From Amphiscolops sp. MND2022 (taxonomy: Eukaryota): a stretch of DNA of 64,000 bases. The notes under the pieces are model-generated. The model did not search any database. It saw only the letters and a program-made list of their open reading frames with translations, and was not told the origin of the DNA. Positions 13,293 to 25,778 of this stretch are shown in pieces (position 1 is the stretch's first letter; the number at the start of each line of letters is the position of its first letter). The translations under genes and the position numbers were made by a program. The DNA lies in contig OZ076413.1 of the NCBI GenBank assembly GCA_964187785.1, positions 54,870,001 to 54,934,000 on the forward strand, read 5' to 3'.

Positions 13293-14410
13293 TAACGAAC
13301 CCCAACAGCACATTCCTGAATTCCTCACAGGACGAATTCACTCCCAGCCCGACCTTCAGAGACAAGAATCCGCGCATGATACAACCCTCGACACAACCCT
13401 ACCAGTGGCGGAGCCCGTTACAGCCCAACTGTCGCAAGACCCCATCAACCGATTGGCAGATGTCCTGGTAAATCTCCAGAACAAACCACAGTCGATGACA
13501 ATTCGACCGGTCACGACGAACCCTATGACATTTGACGGCAAAACAGAGAAATTCGAATTGTTTGAAGATTCATTTCATACAATGATAAAAATGCAACCCG
13601 CTATGACTGAACAAATGAAAATAAATCATTTTCATTCATTGCTCAGAAAAGGGGCCCTGCAAACCTTCCGAAATATAAACTCTATAAACCGTCAAACATT
13701 GGAAGACGTACTTATCATTTTTCGCCGCAAGTACGTTAAACCAGAGTCCCAAGCCACAGCCAAGCACAAGTGGCACAGACTCATTTTCGATCCCAACACG
13801 ATGAAACTACCCGATTTTCTCGAAAACTCAATCAGGGTGCCGAGAAAGCCTTCGGGGAGAACGCCAAGAGTATGATCGATAGCCTCTTATATGCTAAATT
13901 ACCCCCAAAACTCAAAAGATCGGTGAATATGGCCCGACTGGAAAACGGGACCTACGAGGAGATTGTGGCACATTTAGAAAGAGAACTCGAATTAAACGCA
14001 TTAGAAGAATCTGATGACTTGCCAATAGCTACAATGGCTTCATCGTCAGGAAAAGCACGAAACCTACTATCCAATGGCATCGACACCAACAAGAATAACC
14101 AATGCTCATACTGCAAGGCTGAAGACCATTTCTGGAAGAATTGCCCAAAACTGAAAAAGAAGAAAGAATCAGAGGCCAAGAATGGCAAGAAGCCTCAACG
14201 CCAAACTTACCCAGAATGTCCTACCTGCAGCAAAACCAATCATCCAGCAGAGAAATGTTGGCGCGGTGCTGGGGCCCACCTTCGTCCAAAACGAAATAGA
14301 CAGGACTCCTCAAAAGACACGGAGCCCTCAGAGGACGAAGGCACTCGTACCAAAAACGAAAAGCCCACCACATCCACATCAAACCAGTCCAATTTGAAAA
14401 AGACTGATTC

Positions 14411-14417
14411 AAAAAAC
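14411..14417 (+). promoter_or_regulatory. Putative -1 ribosomal frameshift heptamer A AAA AAC at the gag/pol junction
   Basis: Fits the X XXY YYZ pattern directly before the gag stop (TAA 14418-14420); pol is open in the -1 frame from here. Confidence 0.72.
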
Positions 14418-17400
14418 TAATTTTGCCACGACTCCAAATATGTGACCGAATGTCGATACGACAATACGTCATATCAGACCCTGCTAACATTACCTACAAG
14501 CAATCACAAAATGACATCAATGAGACTCCATCGACTGTCTGGCAGCAGCAGATGGAGGAAGCATATACTGAAACTCAATATATCATAAATAGTGACCACC
14601 CATACTTATACCGACGTAATAGCCACACGAAAGACTCTGAAACCCAATTCCGACCCTTACAAACTGTCGAAGACTATAACCCTCACTACTATGACCCTGA
14701 GTACGGCAGAGACCCGTACTGGGACGATGACATATACGACAAACAGAACTTACAATTCCGAAACGATGATTACCCTCCTACGGACGATGAAGATGATCCT
14801 GAGATTCTAGATAACGCACTGTCCCGGGCACTCATCGAACTGTGGCAACCAAATTTTGAGGCAATCAATGATCAGCCTCATGCAATAGAGACACAGGCCG
14901 CATCCGGCCTCCTAGATGAGACGGCCTTCATACATGTCCTTGTAAACAAAGAGGGAGAACCGGCATACATACCCCTATCAACGAACCTTGGACTTAAATA
15001 CAAAAAACGGATGCTATATTCCCCAATGGACTTTGGGGAATTGACCATAGACGGACTTATCGACACTGGAGCTCTGTCAAGTGCAATACCAGAAGCAGAC
15101 CTCAGGAAAATACGCTTACTAGCGCCTCAATCCATAGTCAAAGAGGGACCTGCGCCAACATTCCAAATCATGGTCGCAAATGGTCAATTAGAAACCCCAA
15201 AGAGCACTGTTGAACTCAAGTTCGAAGTTGGAGACATTGAATTCCACGAAATCTTTATAGTGATGGAAAAACTGACCGGCCCCATTATAGGACTAATGTT
15301 CCTTCAAAGGAATCACACAGTCCTGGACATGCGACAAGGCATCCTTAACTTTCCCTATTTCTCTATGCAACTTAAAACGGCTGACCACAAATATTCAAAC
15401 GTCTTGGAACCTATACTTAACCCAGACGATGTTACAATACCACCCAATGACCGTACTCTAGTAGAGATCAAATCTCAGATATATAATGAAAATTCGGTCA
15501 CAGGGGTGTTACAACCCAGTGATCTTCTCCACGAGGAGAGCGACATCACATTTTGTGCCGCAATAGTCACGTTGACTAATGGAAACGTCAGCGTTCATAT
15601 TAACAATTTCTCAGACCAACCTTACAAGCTCAAAAAGGGACTACACATAGCGAATTTTTCAGTACTAACGCCGGAACAGATGAAACACGTTAAACCAATA
15701 GACCCGGTGTCCACTTGGCATCTTCTCAACGAAAATGAAGAAGACGCGATCTATTACGTCAGTAGTCTACTTAAGGCCAACAGAAACAATGACCAATACG
15801 AACAGTACTGGTTTCCAACCCCAGAGAATCCAGGGGACGAAGATTCCCACACTCCCATCCAACGACGAATTCTCCAGGAATTACGCAATCTACAAGAAGC
15901 TGAACAGCTGGACCCTCAAAACGATGAGGAGTCACGACATAAATTTCTTAGCAACTTTGACTGGAAGGACTCGATGCTACAACAGCACGAAATTAAAAAG
16001 ATTGAATCGCTCCTAGTTGAATACCATGACATATTCGCCAGACACAGATTTGACATCGGGATGAATGAAGAATTCACGGTCAAACTAACCCCCAAGGACG
16101 ATTCGCCCGCATATAGCCAAAGTCTACCCACCCCAGTCAACTTAAAAGAGGACATCCTCGTCGAACTGGCCCTTTTACACAAATATGGCATCATAACTAC
16201 ACTGCCATTTTCTAAATATGCCAGTCCCATATTCGCACAGAAGAAGCCGAATGGGAAACTGAGACTTTTGGTCGACCTAAGGAAAATCAATAACCTTATT
16301 TCGGACGACTACATAAACAACAATCATCCAGTTAGCACATTGACGGACGCCGCACAGCATATGGCAGGAAAGAAATTATTCTGTAAACTTGACTGTTCAC
16401 AGGCGTACCATTGCCTTCCAATGGCGGACCAAAAGTCCATCGAGATGCTTGCGTTCAACTTTGCGAGCCGCACTTTCGCCTACAGAAGACTTGCCCAGGG
16501 CCTTAGCAGAGCATTATCAGCATTTTCAAGCTTTATGCGAGAATACCTTGATAAAGTTATTAAAGCAGATCAATGTGCTCAATATGTCGATGACATCGGC
16601 ATAGCTGCCAACGACGCTGATCATCTCATCAAAAATTTGAAAGCAACGTTCGAATGTATCAGACACGCAGGCCTTAAGCTAACAATGCACAAATGCCATT
16701 TTGGGGCGACAGAAATTGACTTCCTAGGAAGAACAATTACTCCCGAAGGAGTCAAACCACAAAAGGAACAAATAACAACCTTTCTGGAAAAGACCAAATT
16801 CCCCAAATCCAAAAAGGCCCTGCAGAGATACCTTGGTTTCCTCAACTATTACAGGAACTATATACCAAGATTATCTGAGAAACTAGCCCCCTTCTTCCAA
16901 CTCCTCAAAAAGGACGAGAAGGTACTCGTGACCACGGAGCTAGTACAACAATTCAACGAAATTAAACGAGATCTTGACAAATGTAGCCAATTGGCCCTGA
17001 AGCAACCTCTCCCAAACAAACAGCTAGTCCTGATGACAGATGCTAGCTTTACAGCGGCAGGCTACGCGATACTTACCGAAGACGACCCAAATCAAAAATT
17101 CACTTCTGTCAAAAAATCGTATGCTCCAATAGCATATGGATCAAAGACGTTCACCCCATCACAACTCAAAATGTCCATATACGCCAAAGAATTCTTAGCT
17201 ATATATTATGCATTCAAAGAATTTGGACACATATTTTGGGGAACACCCAAACCGACCACCATCCTCACGGACAACAAATCGGTAACGAGGTATTTCCAAA
17301 CGAAAATAATACCTCCAGCGCTATGGAACGCGTGTGACTACGTTTTACAATTCAATTTTATCATTGCCCACATTCCTGGCAAAAACAATACCGCGGCGGA

Positions 17401-19621
17401 CTATTTATCTCGAATGGAAATGGATCCTAAAGAAAAATTAGTCCTGAAAATCCGCGAAGATGTGGAAACACGGCCCATTGAGGTAAATGTCCAATCAGCT
17501 GGCGTATCAGAAGAGGAGCAAATTTTCTTCACAGAGGATGATGGTGAAACAGAAGCCCAAATTTGGGAACGCAAAAAACAAAGCCGTACCAATTCAACCG
17601 ACCAGGAGGTCGTAATCCAGATAGACGCAATAACTGAAAATATAGTTGATGAAATTACAAACTTTACACAAAAGTTCTGCCGAACGAATCAAATACTGCT
17701 CGAACAGTCTAAAGACCCTACTTTGCAACAACTCAAAGCAAAAATACAAAACGAAGATTATTCTGAAGAAACTCTCCAACAGGACATTCGATACAAACAC
17801 TATCTCAACAATTTGGTCCGAATAGTCCTTAAAGACGAAATAGTCACGCGACAGTACTATGATGAAACTGGACAAATCAAACACCACCAAATTCTCTTAC
17901 CAAAACACCTATTGAAAGAACTTTTAAACGCATTGCACGGCACCGCGCACAAGCATCCCGGCATATCAAAAATGCTACGGGAAATTCGTCAGAAATACTA
18001 TTACCCAGGTATAGCAAAACACGTCAAAAAATGGGTAGAGGGGTGTGAAACTTGTGCAAGGGACAAACGTGTTCCAAACAACACAATCACCCCTGAGTTG
18101 CTCAACTTGCCTGAATGGGACCTCGGACCGGAGGATGCAATGCAAATTGATTTATTACCAAATCTACCAACAAGTGGAGGCTACCAAACCGTGATGACAG
18201 CGATAGATGTTTTCTCAAGATACCTGTTTGCCTACCCGTTAGTAGAAGCTACCGCTTCAAACACAGCAAAAGTTCTGATTGACATCATGACAAAACATAC
18301 ATATCTGCCGACAACAATCATCACTGACAAAGGAACCGCTTTCACGTCAAAAATTATCGCAGAAATAACCGAAATTCTCGGAATTACACTAAGATGTGCA
18401 ACGACTAAACACCCGCAAACAATCGGCAAACTAGAGAGGACACACGCCTCTTTAAAGACTAATTTGAAGATGGCCTCAGGGGAATATCGCCGGCAATGGC
18501 ATAAATACCTACCACTGGCAGTACTCAATTACAATACCACCTACCACTCCAGTATTGGTTGTGAGCCAAGTAAGGTCTTCCACGGACGAATTCCCTACAA
18601 CGTCCTAGATCATAAACTTGGAAATAATCCTAATAAAGATTTCTTGCCTACTACGGAATTTGCGGAAGAATTACAACAGAGAACACAAATTCTCATTGAC
18701 AAAACGAAGCAAAATATCATGCAGTCATACTTGAAATACAAGGAATACTATGACCGGAAGGCCAAGGCAGCTTCCCTTAGTGAACAATATTTTTGCTTTA
18801 TTCTGCAACCCAAAGCAGATAATTAAGGATCAAAAATACCCTTTAGGGAGTACCACTGGATCGGTCCCTACAGAATTGAAAAGGTATTACCTAATGACAA
18901 TTACATTGTTAGACGGTTAAATACAAATAAAACACAGATATTACACCGGATTCGTCTGAAAAAATTTGTTCCAAACACACCCTTAGAGGACAAATATTCC
19001 AAAGAGAAATTGCAACCAGATGAAGAAATAATCATTCCGCAAGATGATTTATATACCATCTCTTGGGAAGCAGACTTTGATTACCAAGTCTTCGGGCCGA
19101 GACGGGACGATAACACGAATGAAGAATTACAAATAGACAACGACGCTAGTACTACTACTCGTGATTACGTCATTGATGAAGACGCTGATCACAACGCAAG
19201 AAGGCCGGGAACGGCCACCAGCCGAGACAGCACAATTACGCGAGACGCAAATGACGTCACCGAAGGGAATGAAAATGAAGCAAGACCGAGTACGGCAAAT
19301 AGCCGAGACGCGCGTACATTGAATGACGATGATGACGTCAATGACAATACTGCAAACGACAAAAGAAACAGTGAAAATGAAAGGCCGAGTACGGCCACAA
19401 GCCGAGATAACCAAACTTATGGCGACACGCCTACTGAATTGCACAATGAAATTGATGATAGTACTAAACGTTCTCCTAAAAGAGGGGAGGATGATCCCGT
19501 GCCCGGAATATCGGATGATGAAAGAAATGAAAAAATAGAAGGAAATTCAAGCCCTAGAGGAGGGAAATATAATCTTCGACCTAACCCCACCCCCAACTAT
19601 ACTGACGAATACAGATACTAG
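14414..19621 (+). pseudogene. pol: E2 pol: protease, RT, RNase H, integrase, low-complexity tail; single in-frame stop at 18824-18826
   Basis: LIDTGALSS (protease); YVDD (RT); LMTDAS (RNase H); H-H-C-C and D,D,E integrase motifs. The frame continues uninterrupted after the TAA into ORF 19010-19621. Confidence 0.95.
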
Positions 19622-19796
19622 TCAGAAATGTTAAATTATGTCCCTATTTATTTTACTGCCCAAGAAGGCATGTTTTTTACTGGGACTACTCTGACTTTTG
19701 ACTCAAAAGAAACTAACTATATAAATACAGAGACAAGAAACAGAACTCAAATTTACAAATAAAAAGTCTACAATGGCAAATGTACAATATGTAGAC

Positions 19797-22700
19797 TTAG
19801 TCTTTAGAGCTACCTTCTTTTGGATTTTCTTCGGCCTTTGAAGTTTCAGTGGGAATTATACTTCCAAAGAAAGCGGGCTTCTGAGAACTCCCAGATTCAC
19901 GAACAACTTTATGGCCTGCTGTGGATGAAACTGAAGAGCAACGTGAAGGGCCGGCAATTACCTTAACAGGAGTAGGCTTGAGGCCTTTAAAAGTCGTCAT
20001 TAAACTCTTCTGAAAGGCTGAACGCCCAAAAGCATCCACGTGCGTCCAGGGATCCCCTGCGAACTGACCAGAACTAAACTGACTATCCATTTCGCGAAAT
20101 TTGGCAATGGAACTCTCGGAGGTGCAGTAGCTGACGGACTGAGAACAATTGGCCAAATAAGACTGAGCCGGTAAGAGCATATCTGTGAAACGGCATTTGG
20201 GCTTGGACGTATCCACTTCATGGAATTTAATAGCTGGAAGTTCAGTACCACTCTCAGTAAGGCAGAGGCAACTAAGCCGAAATAAGTGAAACAAACTTTT
20301 GCGACTGCGTAAGGCAGGAAGGGCAACGAGAAAACCGACCATATCTTTCATTTGGCCGGGCACGTCCTTAAGCTGAGGGAAATTAGCTCGAAAGTGATCC
20401 ACGAATTCCATGTATTCGTCTCGATAATCAGCCTCTGAAGAACGCTGTACCCATCCGCGAAGGGCAAAGGTCTGGAAAAGGGCTCCAAAACAGAACGTCA
20501 CTTGCTCCATTGGCAGGGAAACCAGAGTGTGGGGATCAAAGCAAGCCAAGCCGTGGACAATGTCAGCTGTAAGATGGACGTCACGAAGTATTGCCTCGAG
20601 CAAAAAGACGAAGTACCCTCTGGCATTCGTCGCAAAATTATCCCTTTCGGCAACTAGCAGACCACTAAATTCATTGGCACTAATGTTAGGGTCACTGCGA
20701 GACTGACGGATTTTGGCCTTGCAAACGAGGTCGATGTCGGTGACAAGCTTCAGCCGGTGCAGGAAATCTCGGCAAGATAATAACTTTAAATCATCAGGGC
20801 ACAAATAAAGCATTCCAGTCCAATCCATGTCGCCAGGGATACACTTAGGAAGGACGGCCCGTGAACAAAGTTTTCGTAGGAAGCGACAAAATTGTCCGAA
20901 AGTGAAGAAGGAGGCATCGGCTTGCCCAGACAGACTGCGTTCGAAGCACTTGACGTCTAAACACCACATATATAGCGGGGAATCAGAGGAAAATAGAAAT
21001 GACCAAAAGGTCATACTTACAATCACGGACTATGAGACCGAAGATCTCCAACTTGATAGTGAAGTACTCATCCATCAGAATCATCCACTCAAGACTTTGT
21101 GGCTGAAAAGGTCTATGAATAAATCCTCGGAGTGAAAGTTCAAATAACGCTTAGGGAACTACTATTCTTGAAACCATAAACGGAATTTTGACCAGGAGGT
21201 GGAAGACAAAACCATAATGTTCACGCTCAACATTAGCTGTAAAAGCCTAATCAACTGAACAATAGGAAACTCACCCTGCCTCGAACTCCCTGTCCGGATT
21301 GGGAAGGTGCATCTTTAGTCATGAAGTCACGAATGTTTGGCCACTGTGCAACAATTTCCCCACATAAGGCTGGAATGCTTTGCAGATTCAGATCACATGA
21401 AGTAATGGCCTGAAAAATACACAATCATTGCCTGTATGCAACTCTGACCTTACCCGTCCCTCACTCCTTCACTTGTACAACCAGTTGTTCAGTGCTTAGA
21501 AGATAAGATGAGAAGAAACTAACCGTCGAGAGATTGGGGCAGTCTAACATCCAAGTTTGGCTAAGACCTTTGACGAGGAAGACGGTTAAGTACTTGACTT
21601 GAGAGAAGATATCGATCTTTCCAAAGAAACATTCGTACTTCTGATGCATGAGTTTTGGCAATGAAAGCACCTCGAATCTGAAGGGATATTGCAGGGAGAA
21701 CTTGAAAAGGTCACTTCGGTCAAGGGTTTGCAACACGGCGGAAGGACAGCCGGACACGCTGACTAAGTTAGGCCCGGCGGAGACGAAGGACAGCAATCGT
21801 GAAATGGAACCGAAGAAGTTCCCAGGGTACGAGGAAGCCAGCGGGTGTCTGCACAGCTCTATCCGCTGGATGGCATCATCCCGCCAGAAACGCACGGCCA
21901 TGTAACAGAAGCCTTTGCGGTTCGTAAACTCCAGAGAGTAAATGCCTTCTGTGGTGATCTGTCCTGCTATATCTTCAGTGCAGCGTAAGAAGACGTGATG
22001 GAAGATTTTCGGGAAACAAAATTAATATTGTTAGCACGGAACGTCCAAAAGGGTCACCCTGGCCAGGGAGTTAATGTAATACTTACAGTGAGGTTGTCAG
22101 ATCTCCAATCGAAATCGGAGAAGAACCCTTGGTGGGTGGCTAGTGAAGGTTCCGAATCGTGTCCACAGATTTCTCAGTAGGGCTAAATCACCTCCGTGTG
22201 GGGCAAAGAGCCCGATCAAGGAAATTTGGGTAGTCATTCGGAGTTCATCTGGACTGGATGTTCCTCCCATTGTTGCAACGTAATCGTCGTAAAATGGAAA
22301 CTTGTCTCCAATATCGACGAGGGGGGCATCAATAAAAAACTCTTCTCTTTCTCCAGTTGTAGAGGAGTAAGTATGTACCCGTCCTTCCCTCGGACTTGGT
22401 GGGTCACCTTGCCAGTTGTAGCATCTATTTCTCTGAGGTGTTCATACCTCCATTTTTGGTAACGTCGCAGGTGGCCTTGAGTCTTGTAATGGCGAAGGAT
22501 CTCTCGGCCGCCTTTAGAATATATTGATATGTTTGTTTTACATATCTGGCAATAGAATTTGTAACGATTATGTAAGGGATCAAGGGGTCCTGAGACAAAA
22601 AGCCTTGTCCATTGGATGCCCTTAAAGTAGGCATCCTTCATGACTTTGCCTGGTTTGCAAAGCATTCTCCTCCGCTTACGAGGAGGACTAGAATCTGCCC

Positions 22701-23850
22701 CAACGGGGGCTTGTGCCTGCGAAAGAGAAGCTAAAGGACGGTAATCACCACTGCTGTAGCTGCTGCCTGAACAAGGGGTCAGTATCCTGGCTGGATCATG
22801 TTGATCTGCCGCCATGTCGAGAGTCTTGGAAGCGGAAATGATAGGTGGGCAGCCTTCGGACACAGTCTCGATGTTCCTCATGTCCTCATCAGTGTCCATT
22901 GCCCCGCTGGTGTAGCCGTCACTTTCGATTCCCGTGCTCTCACCTCCAGAGCTGGACTCGTACCCAGGGCCGGGAGTTGCAGACCTGCGAGGAATATTTC
23001 GCGAGGTACGCTTGTTCAGAGGGATCCCCTCAGTTAACTTTATCAGTAGCGATTTCATCATGTGGAATGACGACAGCACTGACTCATCAGCTATGGTTCT
23101 CAGCACGGCATGAACCTGACTTTCACTAAAGGCAACAGTTGGATGACCGGCTGGCAGCTCGACAGGCACGTTCGTTGTGAAGAACTTACGGATAACTTCT
23201 CTCCCGGTTGGTGATAGGTTTCGTTCAGTCGAAAGCATCTTGTCCCGATAGGCAGCTTGTTCAGCATCACTATTCCTTGAAGACTGCTGCAAATCCTCGT
23301 CAAGGCTTGTGAATAAGTCAGGATCAAATGAGAAAGTGCCTAATTTAGTGGTAGGCAGATCGACTCCAGAACTGTCGTACAACTCTCCCGGGTCACTGGT
23401 ATCAGAGTGCAAAGCCCTATACTCAAGAGTTCTTGTTCGGGATTCTTCACTATTGCCCGGGACCGGCTGTGGTGCTTTGGTAATTTCTAAAGTTATCGAC
23501 TCAGAGACTTTAGGAGCTCCATGTGTGTTTTCCTCAGCCTCAGGGACTTTGGGAGCCGCGTGTGGATCTTCTTCAAGGACGGTGTCAAGGGGTGTTGTTG
23601 ATGCACCTGGAAACTGTGAGACAACTTTCTCAATATAGGCGCTTACACTCTCGTCAGTTGAGTTGGACGCCTGGGATTCGGGTCGCACTTCTTTTTCTGG
23701 CACATTTTGGAATTGGGCCGGTTCATGTTCTTGTCCCTGACCAATGGGAGCAATGGTAGGATTGGTGGATTCTGGCAACCTCTCTTCGTTAGACATCTCT
23801 AAATGGAAAGAGACAAATTTTAGCGGGTAGCTTCCTGAATATGAATCCAT
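19797..23850 (-). pseudogene. E2 antisense 5-exon accessory gene (BED-type Zn finger plus hAT-transposase-like body). Exons 23850-22087, 22009-21524, 21409-21275, 21102-21021, 20956-19797.
   Basis: Introns of 77/114/172/64 nt with donors GTAAGT, GTTAGT, GTGAGT, GTAAGT. Acceptors 2-4 are TTTCAG, TTTCAG, TTTAG; acceptor 1 reads CG in this copy, with CTAAC upstream. Frameshifts near 22337 and 22133. Confidence 0.87.
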
Positions 23851-24945
23851 GAGACCGCTTTACAAATCTTCTAGAAGTAAAATTGAAACATACGGCAAAA
23901 CGCTTATGCTCTTTGAAACAAATGGACAGGAAGTATTACGAGCGTGAACAGGTCCTGATCAAACCTATTTCCGTTCAAAAAGAAAAGACCAGATAGCTAA
24001 CCTGACATTGCAAAAGATTTGAATCGGATGTAGTCCAGAAGGACAATTGACAGGAAGATGGAGAAGGGAGACTGATGCTGTTACGAAGAATAAGGCACTT
24101 GGACCCCAAGTAGGAAATCCAACTTCAAAGAGAAGTCGTCTGCTGTCCGAGTATGGCCAAAGAGTAGAAGGCTGATAGTCCAATAGTGAACTTGATAATA
24201 ATAAGTAACGGACCAGAAGACTAACAACTATACTAAATAGACAATGTATAAATACGGAAGTGGTTAGAATTTGAATGGATAAAGTAACAATTGAATGAAT
24301 GACGAAGATTGCTGAAAGAAGAGTTGGAGTTCGTGGCAAACTGGAATTGATGTCAAACAATTATACAATTATAGGTGTCATTTTGTGGATGGAACCTGCC
24401 AGAGAAATCCACAAAGTTATCCTCAAAATCTTATTTTACCACGGATCTATTATTTTACAGTTATTTCATTATTTTATTTATTTCCTTATTTGGAATATTT
24501 TTATTTCGTCCGCCATTTCGGAATGCGGATACCAATGGCGATTCTTATTGGCTATCGCGGCGATGAGCCGCGCGTGGCCTCAAATCTTGACTATTAGCTC
24601 TTGAAAGTCTCAAGTGGATGTTGAGAGCTGATAAACACTTAAAGGTGCCATTGATGTCTTCAAGCCGCATTAGGCAAACTGCTGAAGTAACGATGTAAAC
24701 AAAGCGGCACGTTGGGGTCATCAAAGGTTGTTTGGAAGGAGTTATCGATATGAATGTTAACAGGAAGGCAAAACCCCGGGAAAGGAGTCACGGGTTTCGA
24801 AGTAAAAATCTTAAACGAAATCAAGAAAAGAAATTGTCATTCTCTCTCTTAAAGCCTACAAGTGCAGTTGGTCTTACAACTGAAATTCATAAAGTTGACT
24901 TCAATTTTCTACAAAATTGCGAAAAAACTGATAAAAACGCGATAC

Positions 24946-25778
24946 ATGGCTGATAGATACCCGCAAGACTTTTGTGGCGCTGCGCCCCGAAGGATAGAGC
25001 TAGTATATCTGTCCAGTGATGAAGAAGAGGAAATGGACGCATTTAGTACTACATCCGTAATGGACCTGCAACTATCGTCAGAAGATGAGGAATACGACGA
25101 TGAGATCTTGATGATGGCACAATGCGTCGAAATGCAACTGTCAACGCCTATACCTGTCCCTGGGCCTTCTACACCGAAAACGGACCGCCCTAACCTATTG
25201 AACAGGCCGTCTGAAAGCAAAAAGCCTAATCTGACACACAGCCCTAGTCCCGTCCCAGATCAGTCTTTCTTTTCATTGGGAAGGGGAAAGGGCCCGATAA
25301 GGCGTGATGATCGCATAAGGAATAACCACCCGATAAAGTTATGCAGCGGACTAATCCCTCTGGTGGACACACCAATGTCACCTCCCCCGGAAGAAAGAGG
25401 GCACTGTAGTTCTTTTTTCGACAACTATGCCGAGCGGCCAGAGTCACAACAATCTCTCGACGGAATTACAAATCATTTCCAAGGAATGGGACTCAGTGGG
25501 TCGGGCCATTAGTGAACTACTCAGACTGTGTAATATGCGGGAAATCGACAATGCAAATTCAGCAAGAAGCAGTTGCGGACTACCTGGTCAAGACGGCTAT
25601 TCCCGCAGAAACAGCACTACAAGTCGAAGCACGTAAGAGAGCCTTCATTGAAGGGATGCAGGTTGGCACATTCTTACTTCTCCCAGGGGGAGTGTCGCAG
25701 GCGGCCGCCTGCGATGGCAACCTCTATACCATAGACCACAGTATGCCAATTGCCCTACCCGGAACATTACCTTTATAA
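24946..25778 (+). pseudogene. E2 sense accessory ORF3, about 275 aa, ending 86 bp inside the 3' LTR; frameshift near 25505-25512
   Basis: ORFs 24862-25512 and 25512-25778. The homologous E1 segment is one continuous frame across this junction (HITGLGIS...GCVIC vs HFQGMGLS...DCVIC). Confidence 0.8.
25685..25692 (+). promoter_or_regulatory. E2 polypurine tract AGGGGGAG
   Basis: Purine run abutting the TG of the 3' LTR; same arrangement in E1. Confidence 0.85.

Larger units (their letters stand above)
12718..14420 (+). pseudogene. gag: E2 gag (ATG inside the 5' LTR; two CCHC-type knuckles); one frameshift near 13820
   Basis: ORFs 12670-13875 and 13770-14420 join at PDFLE/ELNQGAEKAF. Knuckles CSYCKAEDHFWKNC and CPTCSKTNHPAEKC. 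Confidence 0.9.

Noticed and set aside
14592-18528. Small ORFs overlapping E2 pol, and similar ones over the BEL and terminal Gypsy coding regions
   Set aside because: Shadow frames of real coding sequence with no independent support.
20957-21026. ORF-track N-terminus MIVSMTFWSFLFSS of the 409-aa ORF (and the TTG start at 1254 in E1)
   Set aside because: The E2 segment falls in predicted intron 4. Homology with E1 starts at the conserved TGTTTAG acceptor, and E1 has a stop in the intronic part.
23965-24360. Hydrophobic 131-aa minus-strand ORF as a possible env or membrane protein
   Set aside because: Antisense, non-ATG start, no furin or fusion motifs, and the matching E1 region has several stops with only faint similarity.
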